Origin: an uncultured Alphaproteobacteria bacterium
GTDB lineage: Bacteria > Pseudomonadota > Alphaproteobacteria > ATCC43930 > CGMCC-115725
Direction of reading: 5' to 3'
Assembly: GCA_963804235.1 (NCBI GenBank)
Contig: CAWDPP010000057.1
Span: 13,603-77,602, forward strand
DNA: 64,000 bases
Part shown: piece by piece, positions 19,119-26,761 of the stretch
Numbering within the stretch: the stretch's first letter is position 1
Layout of the letters: each line of letters opens with the position of its first letter
Position numbers and translations under genes: made by a program
The notes under the pieces: generated by a model
What the model saw: only the letters and a program-made list of their open reading frames with translations
The model's database searches: none
Told to the model about the DNA's origin: nothing

Positions 19119-20465
19119 GTGACCCTGACCGCTCCCGTGCTTGCCGAAGCGCCTGCCGCCGCCGTCCCGCAACCGCTGCGCGTGGCGGCGCTGGTCAACC
19201 TGGCGCAAGGGGCCCGCGCCGGCGGGCACGTCAAATGCTGGGAACGGCTGGCCCAGGCCGCGCTCGGCTTCGAGGGCACGCTCGACCTGACGATCTACTT
19301 CATGGGGAGCGAGCCGGCGCTGCGGCCGCTCGGCCGGAACGTGCGCTACATCGTCGAGCGGCCGGTGTTCGGGACCCACCGCGTGCCGTTCCTGTCGCAC
19401 GTGCCCGACCACACCGACCTCGCGCCGTGGCACGCCCGGCTCGCGCGGCAACTGTCGCAGTACGACGTAATCCACACCACTGACGCCTATTTCGCCTTCG
19501 CGCGCACCGCGTTCGCCGTGGCCCAGCGCCGGGGCATTCCGCTCGTCACGTCGGTGCACACGGATACGCCGCGCTATGCCCGCGTCTTCACGGCGCAGAC
19601 GGTGGAGCGCCTGTTCGGCACGGGTCTCGCCGCGCGCGCGCTGCTCGATCGGCTGGGCGTCGCGCGCTACGCCGAGCGCCGCATGCGGCGCCAGCTCGAG
19701 CAGCATCAGCGCGGCTGCCAAGGCGTGTTGGTGTCGCGCCCCGATCAGCTCAAGGCGGCGCGCGCCTTGAGCGGCGGCCGCGCCGGCCTGCTGCGCCGCG
19801 GCATCGACCACTCCTTCTTCAATCCCGGCAAGCGCGACCGCGCCTGGCTTGCGGCGCAGTACGCCATCGCGCCCGATGCCGTCGTCATCGCCTTTGCCGG
19901 CCGCGTCAATCGCGGCAAGAACGTCATGCTGCTCGCCGACGCCGTCGCCGAGCTTGCGGCGGCGGGCACGCCGGTGCATCTCTTCTGCGCCGGCGAGGGC
20001 GAAGAGCGCGCCGCGATCCGCGAGCGGCTGCCGCGCAACGCCACCTGTCCCGGCAGCCTCGAGCCCGAAACGCTGGCGCACATCTATGCCAGCGCCGACA
20101 TCTTCGCCTTCCCGTCGGCGATCGAGGAATACGCCAACGTCGTGATCGAGGCGCTCGCCTCGGGGCTGCCGGTGCTGGTGGCGGGCGAGAGCGGCATGGA
20201 CCGCGTCATCAGCGAAGGCGAGACCGGGTTCGTACTTCCGAGCAACAACAGCTTCGCCTGGTCGCGCTATCTGGCGCTGCTCGCACACGATCGCGCGCGG
20301 CGCGAGGCGATGGGCGCGCGCGCGCGGCGCTATGCCGAGCACCGGCTGCCGACCTGGGCGGACGTGCTTGGCGAGGACATTCTGCCGACCTGGCAAAGCG
20401 CCTTCGCGGCCGCGCGACAGTCCGATGTCCGCCCGCTCCGTCCTGCTGCTCGTCCCGCATCCTGA
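19119..20465 (+). CDS. GT4-family (GT-B fold) glycosyltransferase
   Basis: Intact 448-aa ORF with a GTG start. The C-terminal half ...FAGRVNRGKNVMLLADAV...ADIFAFPSAIEEYANVVIEALASGLPVLV...ETGFV carries the EX7E-type retaining GT4 signature. Confidence 0.85.
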   Translation: MTLTAPVLAEAPAAAVPQPLRVAALVNLAQGARAGGHVKCWERLAQAALGFEGTLDLTIYFMGSEPALRPLGRNVRYIVERPVFGTHRVPFLSHVPDHTDLAPWHARLARQLSQYDVIHTTDAYFAFARTAFAVAQRRGIPLVTSVHTDTPRYARVFTAQTVERLFGTGLAARALLDRLGVARYAERRMRRQLEQHQRGCQGVLVSRPDQLKAARALSGGRAGLLRRGIDHSFFNPGKRDRAWLAAQYAIAPDAVVIAFAGRVNRGKNVMLLADAVAELAAAGTPVHLFCAGEGEERAAIRERLPRNATCPGSLEPETLAHIYASADIFAFPSAIEEYANVVIEALASGLPVLVAGESGMDRVISEGETGFVLPSNNSFAWSRYLALLAHDRARREAMGARARRYAEHRLPTWADVLGEDILPTWQSAFAAARQSDVRPLRPAARPAS

Positions 20466-21189
20466 CGACGAGGTCGTCGGCTGCGCCGCCATGATCCGCC
20501 GCGCGCGGGCGGACGGCGCGCGCTTCTTCGCGCTCTATCTCACGACCGGCGTGCCGACGCGCGAGAGCCTGTGGCCGTGGCAGCGCCGCGATCACGCGAC
20601 CCGCATCGCGCGCCGCCGCGCCGAGGCGCTGCGCGCCGCCGGCATGCTCGGCATCACGCCCGTGGGCTTCTGCGATTGGCCGGCGCGGGGCTTGAAGGCG
20701 GCGCTCGGGCCGGCACTGGCGCGCATCCGCGCAGCGCTCGCCGCGCACGCGATCGACGAAATCTGGGCGCCCGCCTGGGAAGGCGCGCATCAGGACCACG
20801 ACGTCGCCAATTTCCTGGCCGCGCGGCTTGCCTCCGATTGCGCGGTCGTCGAGTTCGCGGAATACCACCTGGCCGGCGGCCGTGCCGTGTCGGGCCGCTT
20901 CAAGACGCCGGACGGGCGCGAGACGGTGCTGCGCCTCGATGCCGCGGAGCGGCGCTGGAAGCGCGAGCTTCTTGCCACTTATCGCTCCGAGCGCGGCAAC
21001 CTCGGCCATATCGCGTGCGAGACCGAGTCGTTCCGGCCGCTCGCGCGTTATGATTACCGCGCGCGGCCGCACGAGGGCCGCCTGTTCTACGAGCGCTTTC
21101 AATGGGTGCCCTTCCGCCATCCGCGCATCGACTTCGAACGGCCGGAACGCGTGCTGGCGGCGCTCGCGGACTTTCGCGACGGAGCCTAG
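20425..21189 (+). CDS. PIG-L/LmbE family de-N-acetylase
   Basis: ATG at 20425 opens MSARSVLLLVPHPDDEVVGCAAMI, the PIG-L zinc motif (A/P)HPDDE. It also has ...EGAHQDHD. It overlaps the GT4 3' end by 41 nt. Confidence 0.82.
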   Translation: MSARSVLLLVPHPDDEVVGCAAMIRRARADGARFFALYLTTGVPTRESLWPWQRRDHATRIARRRAEALRAAGMLGITPVGFCDWPARGLKAALGPALARIRAALAAHAIDEIWAPAWEGAHQDHDVANFLAARLASDCAVVEFAEYHLAGGRAVSGRFKTPDGRETVLRLDAAERRWKRELLATYRSERGNLGHIACETESFRPLARYDYRARPHEGRLFYERFQWVPFRHPRIDFERPERVLAALADFRDGA

Positions 21190-22079
21190 CGGGCGCTTTC
21201 CTGCTGCTCGCGCTGGCGCCCGGCGCGGCCGCTTCCGATCAGATCACCGTCGCCTCGAAGATCGACACAGAGGGCGCGCTGCTCGGCAACATGATCGCGC
21301 TCATGCTCGAGCATGGCGGGCTCGGCGTCAGAAGCCGCATCGGCCTCGGCCCCACCAACATCGTGCGCAGCGCCATCCTCGCCGGCGCGATCGACATCTA
21401 TCCCGAATACACCGGCAACGGCGCGCGCTTCTTCAAGCGCGAGGACGATCCCGTGTGGAAGGACGCCGCTGCCGGCTATGACGAAGTGCGCAAGCTCGAC
21501 CGCGCCGCGAACGACCTCGTCTGGCTGGCGCCGGCGCCGGCCAACAACACCTGGGCGATCGCCGCGCGCCACGACTTCGTAGCAATCGCGGGTGCCACGC
21601 TCGAAGACTTCTCCCGCTATGTCGCGGGCGGCGGACGGGTGCGGCTTGCGGCGTCGGCCGAGTTCGTCGAAAGCCCGGGCGGACTGCCGGCGTTCCAGAA
21701 GACCTACGGCTTCGCGCTCGGGCAGAGCCAGCTTCTGGTGCTCGCGGGCGGCGACACGGCGGCGACCATCCGCGCCGCGTCCGAAGGCGTCTCCGGCGTC
21801 AACGCGGCGATGGCGTATGGCACCGACGGCTCGCTCGCGGCGCTCGGCCTCGTCGTGCTCGCCGACGACAAGGGCGCGGAGGTGGTGTACGAGCCGGCGC
21901 CGGTCGTGCGCGCCGCCGTGCTGGCGGCGCATCCGGAGATACCGTCGCTCCTCGACCCCGCGTTCCGCTCGCTTACCCTGGCGCGGCTGCAAAAGCTCAA
22001 TGCCGAGATCGCGGTCGAGGGACGCGACGCGCGCGCGGTGGCCGAGGATTATCTCGCGGCGCAAGGCTTCCTCAAATGA
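21102..22079 (+). CDS. osmF: osmoprotectant (glycine betaine/choline-type) ABC transporter substrate-binding protein, OsmF/YehZ-like
   Basis: ITVASKIDTEGALLGNMIALMLEHGGLGV...IDIYPEYTGNGARFF closely resembles OsmF/YehZ. The only in-frame start is ATG 21102. That start gives a leader with SRRSLAGAFLLLALAPGAAA and an 88-nt overlap with the deacetylase gene, so the start is uncertain. Confidence 0.82.
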   Translation: MGALPPSAHRLRTAGTRAGGARGLSRRSLAGAFLLLALAPGAAASDQITVASKIDTEGALLGNMIALMLEHGGLGVRSRIGLGPTNIVRSAILAGAIDIYPEYTGNGARFFKREDDPVWKDAAAGYDEVRKLDRAANDLVWLAPAPANNTWAIAARHDFVAIAGATLEDFSRYVAGGGRVRLAASAEFVESPGGLPAFQKTYGFALGQSQLLVLAGGDTAATIRAASEGVSGVNAAMAYGTDGSLAALGLVVLADDKGAEVVYEPAPVVRAAVLAAHPEIPSLLDPAFRSLTLARLQKLNAEIAVEGRDARAVAEDYLAAQGFLK

Positions 22080-23203
22080 TTGTGCCGCGCAACGCCGTGC
22101 TGCTCGTGCTGGCGCTCGCCGCTTCTCTCGCGCTGCTGACGGCGGGCTTCGTCACGCACGCGCCGAACCGGCTCGTCTCGGGCGCGCCGATCCTGCTGTG
22201 GCATGCCGCGAGCGCGCCGCGCGCGGGCGCCATTGCGGCACTGTGCGCGGCGCTCGTTGCCGCCACGTTCCTGCCGCCGGCGCGGCACCATGCCGCGGCG
22301 ATCGCCGCCGCCGCCGCGCTCCTGCTGCTGCTCCTCATCGACACGGCAGGAGCCGCCGCCCGCGATTTCGCGGCGCATGCCCCGCCCGCCGCGCGCGCAA
22401 GCCTCGGCGCCGCGTTCTGGATCGCGGGACTATGCGCCGCGCTCGCCATCGTCGACGGGCTGCAGCGGTTGGGCGCCAGCCCCGCGCTGCGCTTCGGTGT
22501 CGCAGTGGCGATGACCGCCGCCATCCTCGCACTCGCCGCGAGCGGACGGCTCGATGCTCTGTCGCTGGCGCGCGAATACGCGGTGCGGCGCGACGCTTTC
22601 GCGAGTGAGTTCTGGCGCCATTGCGCGCTCGTCGTGGGCGCGGTCGCACCTGCGCTCGTCATCGGCGTGCCGCTTGGCATCTTGGCGGCGCGCCGGCCGC
22701 GCGCGCGCGGAACCCTGTTCGGCACGCTCAACATCATCGAGACGGTGCCGTCGGTGGCGCTCTTCGGCCTTCTCATCGCGCCCTTGGCGGCGCTCGGATT
22801 GTCAGGCGTCGGGCCCGCGCCGGCGCTCATCGCGCTCATCCTTTACGCGCTCCTGCCGGTGGCGCGGAACACCGAGGCCGGCATCCTCGGCACCGATCCG
22901 GCGGCGGTCGAAGCCGCCACCGGCATGGGCATGACGCCGCGCCAGATTTTCTGGCGCGTCGAGCTGCCGTTGGGATTGCCGGTGTTCGTGGCGGGACTGC
23001 GCATCGTCGTGGTGCAGACGATCGGGCTTGCCGCGGTCGCGGCGCTCATCGGCGCGGGCGGGCTTGGCACCTTCATCTTCCAGGGGATCGGGCAATACGC
23101 CATCGACCTCGTGCTGTTGGGCGCGCTGCCGACCATCGGCCTCGCGCTTGCGGCCGACTTCGCATTGGCGATGATGATCCCGCGATCGGGACGGAGAGCA
23201 TGA
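22076..23203 (+). CDS. yehY: osmoprotectant ABC transporter permease with long N-terminal TM extension (YehY-like)
   Basis: Intact 375-aa ORF whose ATG overlaps the osmF stop. The permease core is LLPVARNTEAGILGTDPAAVEAATGMGMTPRQIFWRVELPLGLPVFVAGLR. Confidence 0.85.
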   Translation: MIVPRNAVLLVLALAASLALLTAGFVTHAPNRLVSGAPILLWHAASAPRAGAIAALCAALVAATFLPPARHHAAAIAAAAALLLLLLIDTAGAAARDFAAHAPPAARASLGAAFWIAGLCAALAIVDGLQRLGASPALRFGVAVAMTAAILALAASGRLDALSLAREYAVRRDAFASEFWRHCALVVGAVAPALVIGVPLGILAARRPRARGTLFGTLNIIETVPSVALFGLLIAPLAALGLSGVGPAPALIALILYALLPVARNTEAGILGTDPAAVEAATGMGMTPRQIFWRVELPLGLPVFVAGLRIVVVQTIGLAAVAALIGAGGLGTFIFQGIGQYAIDLVLLGALPTIGLALAADFALAMMIPRSGRRA

Positions 23204-24122
23204 TCGAACTCGAGCACGTGGTGCGGAGCCAAGGCGGCAGGCGCCTCGTCGACGACGTGAGTTTTTCCGTGCCCTCGGGCGCGTTCTGCGCGCTCGTCGG
23301 TTCCTCGGGCGCCGGGAAATCGACGACGCTCAAACTCATCAACCGCCTCCTGCCGCTGACGGAGGGCGCGATCCGCATCGGCGGCGCCGACATCGCGAGC
23401 CTTGCCGCCCGAGGCGCTGCGCCGGCGCATCGGCTATGTCATCCAGTCGATCGGGCTTTTCCCGCACTGGACCGTGGCGCAGAACATCGCCACCGTGCCG
23501 CGCCTGTTGCGCTGGAGCGAGGCGAAGATTTCGGCGCGCGTCGCCGAGCTTCTGGCGCTCATGGGCCTCGACCCCGCGCATGCGAGCCGCTTCCCGCGCG
23601 AGCTTTCGGGCGGGCAGCAGCAGCGCGTCGGCGTCGCCCGCGCGCTCGCCGCCGATCCCGAGCTGCTGCTGATGGACGAGCCGTTCGGCGCGCTCGATCC
23701 GCTGACGCGCGCGGCGCTGGCGAAGGAGCTCGGCCTCATCCACCGGCGCACCAAGAAGACGATCGTGTTCGTGACGCACGACATCGACATGGCGTTGGAG
23801 CTGGCCGACGTGATCGCGATCATGCACGAGGGACGGCTCGTGCAGTTCGGGCCCCCGCTCGACATTCTCGAGCGGCCCGCGTCGGACTTCGTGCGCGCCT
23901 TCACCGGCGGCGCATCCTTGGGCCTGAAGCTCCTCGGCGTGCGGCGCGTGAGCGAACGCATCCGCGTCGAGCCCGCGTCATCGGGCGAGCCGCTCGAGCC
24001 CTCGGCCTCGCTCGCCGACGCGCTGTCGCGAGATGGTGGTGCGCCACACCGATCGCCTGCCGGTCAAGGGCGAGAACGGCGCGCCCGGCGGCTCGGTCGC
24101 GCTCGCCGATTTGGTGCGCTGA
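23200..24122 (+). CDS. yehX: osmoprotectant ABC transporter ATP-binding protein (YehX-like); two frame breaks
   Basis: ATG at 23200 overlaps the upstream stop (ATGA). It opens MIELEHVV...LVGSSGAGKST (Walker A). The next frame gives EALRRRIGYVIQSIGLFPHWTV...LSGGQQQRVGVARALA...LLLMDEPFGALD. The tail is MVVRHTDRLPVKGENGAPGGSVALADLVR, ending at TGA 24120-24122. Breaks at the C3 run 23408-23410 and near 24033 fuse it to the next permease in the ORF track. Confidence 0.85.
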
Positions 24123-24850
24123 TGGCGCTCGCGGCTATCGCGCTCGCGTTCGCGCTGGTGACCTTGTTCATGCCGGCGCTCGGGCCGCTCTTCGCGCGCG
24201 CCTGGCCCGATGTCGTGCCGCCGATCTATGGCTTCGCGTCGTTTCCCAGTCTGCTCCTGTCGCACGCCGAGATCGTGGCGGCGGCGAGCACGGCGGCGAC
24301 CGCGGCGGCGCTCGTCCTCGGCATCTTCGTGACCAGGCCGTGGGGCCGCGATTTCCGCCCGCTGCTGGGCGCGATCGCGACGATCGGCCAGACCTTTCCG
24401 CCGGTCGCGGTGCTCGCCATCGCGGTGCCTGTGCTCGGCTATGGCGACCTGCCGACCTTCGTCGCGCTTGGTCTCTACGGCTTCCTGCCGATCGTCGCCA
24501 ACGTCATCGCCGGGCTCGAGGGCGTGCCGCCGGGCGTGCGCGAAGCGGCGCAGGGCATGGGGCTGTCGTCGTGGCAGATCCTGCGCGACGTGGAGCTGCC
24601 GTTGGCCGCGCCCGTCATCCTCGCCGGCGTGCGCACCTCGGTCGTGATCGCGATCGGCACGGCGACGATCGGCTCGACCGTGGGCGCGGTGACCTTGGGC
24701 ACGCCGATCATCGATGGGCTCGTCGGCGACAAGCTGCCCTATGTGATCGAGGGCGCCGTGGTGGTGGCGCTCTTCGCGATTACCGCCGACATGGTGTTCG
24801 AGCGGCTCGACCGCGCGCTGCGCCGCCACGCCGGCGGGCGGGCGCGCTAG
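24122..24850 (+). CDS. yehW: osmoprotectant ABC transporter permease (YehW-like)
   Basis: ATG at 24122 overlaps the yehX stop (TGATG). It opens MALAAIALAFALVTLFMPALG and includes ...GVPPGVREAAQGMGLSSWQILRDVELPLAAPVILAGVR. The stop is TAG 24848-24850. Confidence 0.85.
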   Translation: MALAAIALAFALVTLFMPALGPLFARAWPDVVPPIYGFASFPSLLLSHAEIVAAASTAATAAALVLGIFVTRPWGRDFRPLLGAIATIGQTFPPVAVLAIAVPVLGYGDLPTFVALGLYGFLPIVANVIAGLEGVPPGVREAAQGMGLSSWQILRDVELPLAAPVILAGVRTSVVIAIGTATIGSTVGAVTLGTPIIDGLVGDKLPYVIEGAVVVALFAITADMVFERLDRALRRHAGGRAR

Positions 24851-25540
24851 CTAGTCCTCGTCGTCCTCCGGTTCCTTGCGCTCGGCCTTCGGGATGTAGC
24901 CGACGCGCTGCGCCAGCCACGAGGCCATCTCGTCGCCGCGGACGACCGCTTCGGCAATGACCTCGCGCGCCGACATGTCGCGATCCTGGCCGATCCCGAG
25001 CCGCTCTTTGATGTTGGCTACGATGGCGAGAAACTCCGCCAGGATCCGTTTTTCGCGTTCGCGCTTGCGCGCCGCTTCCTCGCCGTCGAACCGGTAGCGC
25101 TCGACCACGCCGAGCATCTTGGTCAGCACCTCGAGCGAGCGCGATTTCTCGTAGAGCTTTACCTGGAACCCGCCGCGGTGGCGCACCACCTCGCGCACCG
25201 CGGCGCTGTCGTCGGGCGCGATGCGGCGCGCGGCGCGCAGGCGCGGCCCTTTCTTCGAGAAGGTGACGATCCGGCCCATGTCGGCCAAGGCGATGCGCGC
25301 GTGCTCCTGCGCGATGCGGTCGACCGAGAGGCGCAGCCGTTCCGAGCGTTCGCCCTGCGCCTTGCGCAGCGCCTGGATGACGAGCGGCTCGTGCAGCAGG
25401 CGCCACGCCGTCTTCGCCGCGTTGCGCTCGGAATAGCCCGCGCGCAGCGCCGCCGCCTTGGGCCGCGGGTCGCGCAGATACTCCTCGACGAAGCGTCGCT
25501 GCCGCGGCTTCAGGCCGTCGTCATGCCCATCCATGCCCAT
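24851..25540 (-). CDS. phage terminase small subunit (Terminase_2-type TerS), orphan
   Basis: Intact 229-aa ORF. MGMDGHDDGLKPRQRRFVEEYLRDPRPKAAALRAGYSERNAAKTAWRLLHEPLVIQAL is the characteristic TerS N-terminal HTH. The C-terminus is acidic (PEDDED). No terminase large subunit, portal or capsid gene is present in the window. Its stop (cta 24851-24853) abuts the yehW stop directly (TAGCTA). Confidence 0.85.
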   Translation of the reverse strand: MGMDGHDDGLKPRQRRFVEEYLRDPRPKAAALRAGYSERNAAKTAWRLLHEPLVIQALRKAQGERSERLRLSVDRIAQEHARIALADMGRIVTFSKKGPRLRAARRIAPDDSAAVREVVRHRGGFQVKLYEKSRSLEVLTKMLGVVERYRFDGEEAARKREREKRILAEFLAIVANIKERLGIGQDRDMSAREVIAEAVVRGDEMASWLAQRVGYIPKAERKEPEDDED

Positions 25541-25573
25541 CGCGGGCGCATCCGGTGAGTGCCATTTTCCGGA

Positions 25574-26047
25574 CTATCTCTTTGGGATTGCTGGCGAATC
25601 GCCGGATACCGGCGGATTTTCCAGCGTGTCGTAGCCGGTCCCGGAATCGCCTTTCCGGCTCTCGCGATTACTTTCGGCGCGGGCGAGGGCTGCGCGGACG
25701 CGCTGCTGCGCCGGGGTGCGCTTCGGCCGCACGCGCCGCGCGGCCGTGCGCGGGATCGCGTCGTCCTCGCCCGGATCGCGCGCCACGATCTCGGCCGGCG
25801 CATCGGCCGCGCCGGGATCGTCCGCAGACGCTCCGACCGCCGGATGCGTGGTCATGCGCACGGTGCCGACATAGGTCCCGTCGGCGGCCAGGGTCTCGCA
25901 TTCGAAGGCGCGCCAGCCATGCGCGCCGGCCGCGAGCACGCGCGTCACGACGGCCAAATCCTCGTCGGATAGGCCAAGTCTTATGCCCAATTCGCCGGTC
26001 GCGACTTTCGCCGCGACGACATGGCCCAAGGTTTCGGCAGATGGCAT
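25574..26047 (-). CDS. hypothetical protein (orf157) co-oriented 33 nt upstream of terS
   Basis: 157-aa ORF with a good SD (GAGGAG 6-8 nt before ATG 26047). The N-terminal ~70 aa look globular (MPSAETLGHVVAAKVATGELGIRLGLSDEDLAVVTRVLAAGAHGWRAFECETL...). The C-terminal half is basic and probably disordered (RRVRPKRTPAQQRVRAALARAESNRESRK). I recognise no family. Confidence 0.55.
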   Translation of the reverse strand: MPSAETLGHVVAAKVATGELGIRLGLSDEDLAVVTRVLAAGAHGWRAFECETLAADGTYVGTVRMTTHPAVGASADDPGAADAPAEIVARDPGEDDAIPRTAARRVRPKRTPAQQRVRAALARAESNRESRKGDSGTGYDTLENPPVSGDSPAIPKR

Positions 26048-26391
26048 GCGGAATCTCCTCGTCAGTCCGCACCAGCCCGTGGCGGACGGCGGCGGATTTT
26101 CGTCGCACGCTATGTATCATATTTACGTACGACTGTTGGTCGGTCGCTTATACGGCCGATGCGTTGCGCGCATTGCAGCGAATGGATCGCGGCGTCGCAA
26201 AGACGCACCGGGCGAAGGTGTTGCTGCTCGCGCGCGATCCTCGGGCACCCAACAACGCCGTAAGGAAGCTCGCGGGCGTCGCAGGGTATCGGTTGCGGAT
26301 CGGAGATTGGCGCGCAATCTATCTGCTGCGCGATGAGGTCCTGACGATCGTGGTCGTCCGGATCGGGCATCGAAGCGAGGTTTATCAATGA
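26041..26391 (+). CDS. RelE/ParE-superfamily type II toxin (start uncertain; conserved core begins at Trp codon 26137)
   Basis: WSVAYTADALRALQRMDRGVAKTHRAKVLLLARDPRAPNNAVRKLAGVAGYRLRIGDWRAIYLLRDEVLTIVVVRIGHRSEVYQ is a typical RelE/ParE core. Its stop overlaps the antitoxin ATG (ATGA at 26388-26391). There is no ATG/GTG/TTG at the usual MW position. The nearest in-frame ATG is 26041, which overlaps the orf157 start. ATG 26112 would come into frame if one T of the T3 run 26122-26124 is spurious. Confidence 0.7.
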   Translation: MACGISSSVRTSPWRTAADFRRTLCIIFTYDCWSVAYTADALRALQRMDRGVAKTHRAKVLLLARDPRAPNNAVRKLAGVAGYRLRIGDWRAIYLLRDEVLTIVVVRIGHRSEVYQ

Positions 26392-26759
26392 GCCGGCAAA
26401 TCATCACTCAAGGAGGCAAGCCCGCCTTCGTCGTCATTCCGATCGAGGAATGGCGGCGCATCGAGGCGACACTGGAAGATCGCATCGACCGCGCTTCGTT
26501 GCGCGCATTCCTCGAACATCCGTCGGAGACCTTCCCCAACTCGGTCGCAGCCGCGATGCTCGATGGCGTGCATCCGCTCAAGGCGCTGCGCGAGTATCGC
26601 GGCCTCACCCAGGCGCAACTCGCCGACGGCGCCGGGACGAGCGCGGTCTATGTCTCGCAGATCGAGCGCGGCGAACGGCGCGCCGGGCGCAAACTGCGGG
26701 CAAAAATCGGCAAGTGCCTGCGCGTTCCGCCGCACTTGCTCAATGCGGCCGAGGAGTAG
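26388..26759 (+). CDS. antitoxin with N-terminal Phd/YefM-like segment and C-terminal XRE-type HTH (HigA-like arrangement, toxin gene first)
   Basis: Intact 123-aa ORF. KPAFVVIPIEEWRRIEATLEDRID is the antitoxin beta-strand/helix motif. LREYRGLTQAQLADGAGTSAVYVSQIERGER is the HTH_3 region. Confidence 0.82.
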   Translation: MSRQIITQGGKPAFVVIPIEEWRRIEATLEDRIDRASLRAFLEHPSETFPNSVAAAMLDGVHPLKALREYRGLTQAQLADGAGTSAVYVSQIERGERRAGRKLRAKIGKCLRVPPHLLNAAEE

Positions 26760-26761
26760 GA

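Noticed and set aside
23402-24850. 482-aa ORF that looks like an ATPase-permease fusion. Similar apparent fusions occur at 45061-46695 (thioesterase-GGDEF) and 57900-60587 (binding protein running on).
   Set aside because: Each fusion disappears once a single homopolymer indel is corrected. Natural stops and overlapping starts (for example TGATG at 24120-24124) then appear. I treat them as assembly artefacts, not multidomain proteins.
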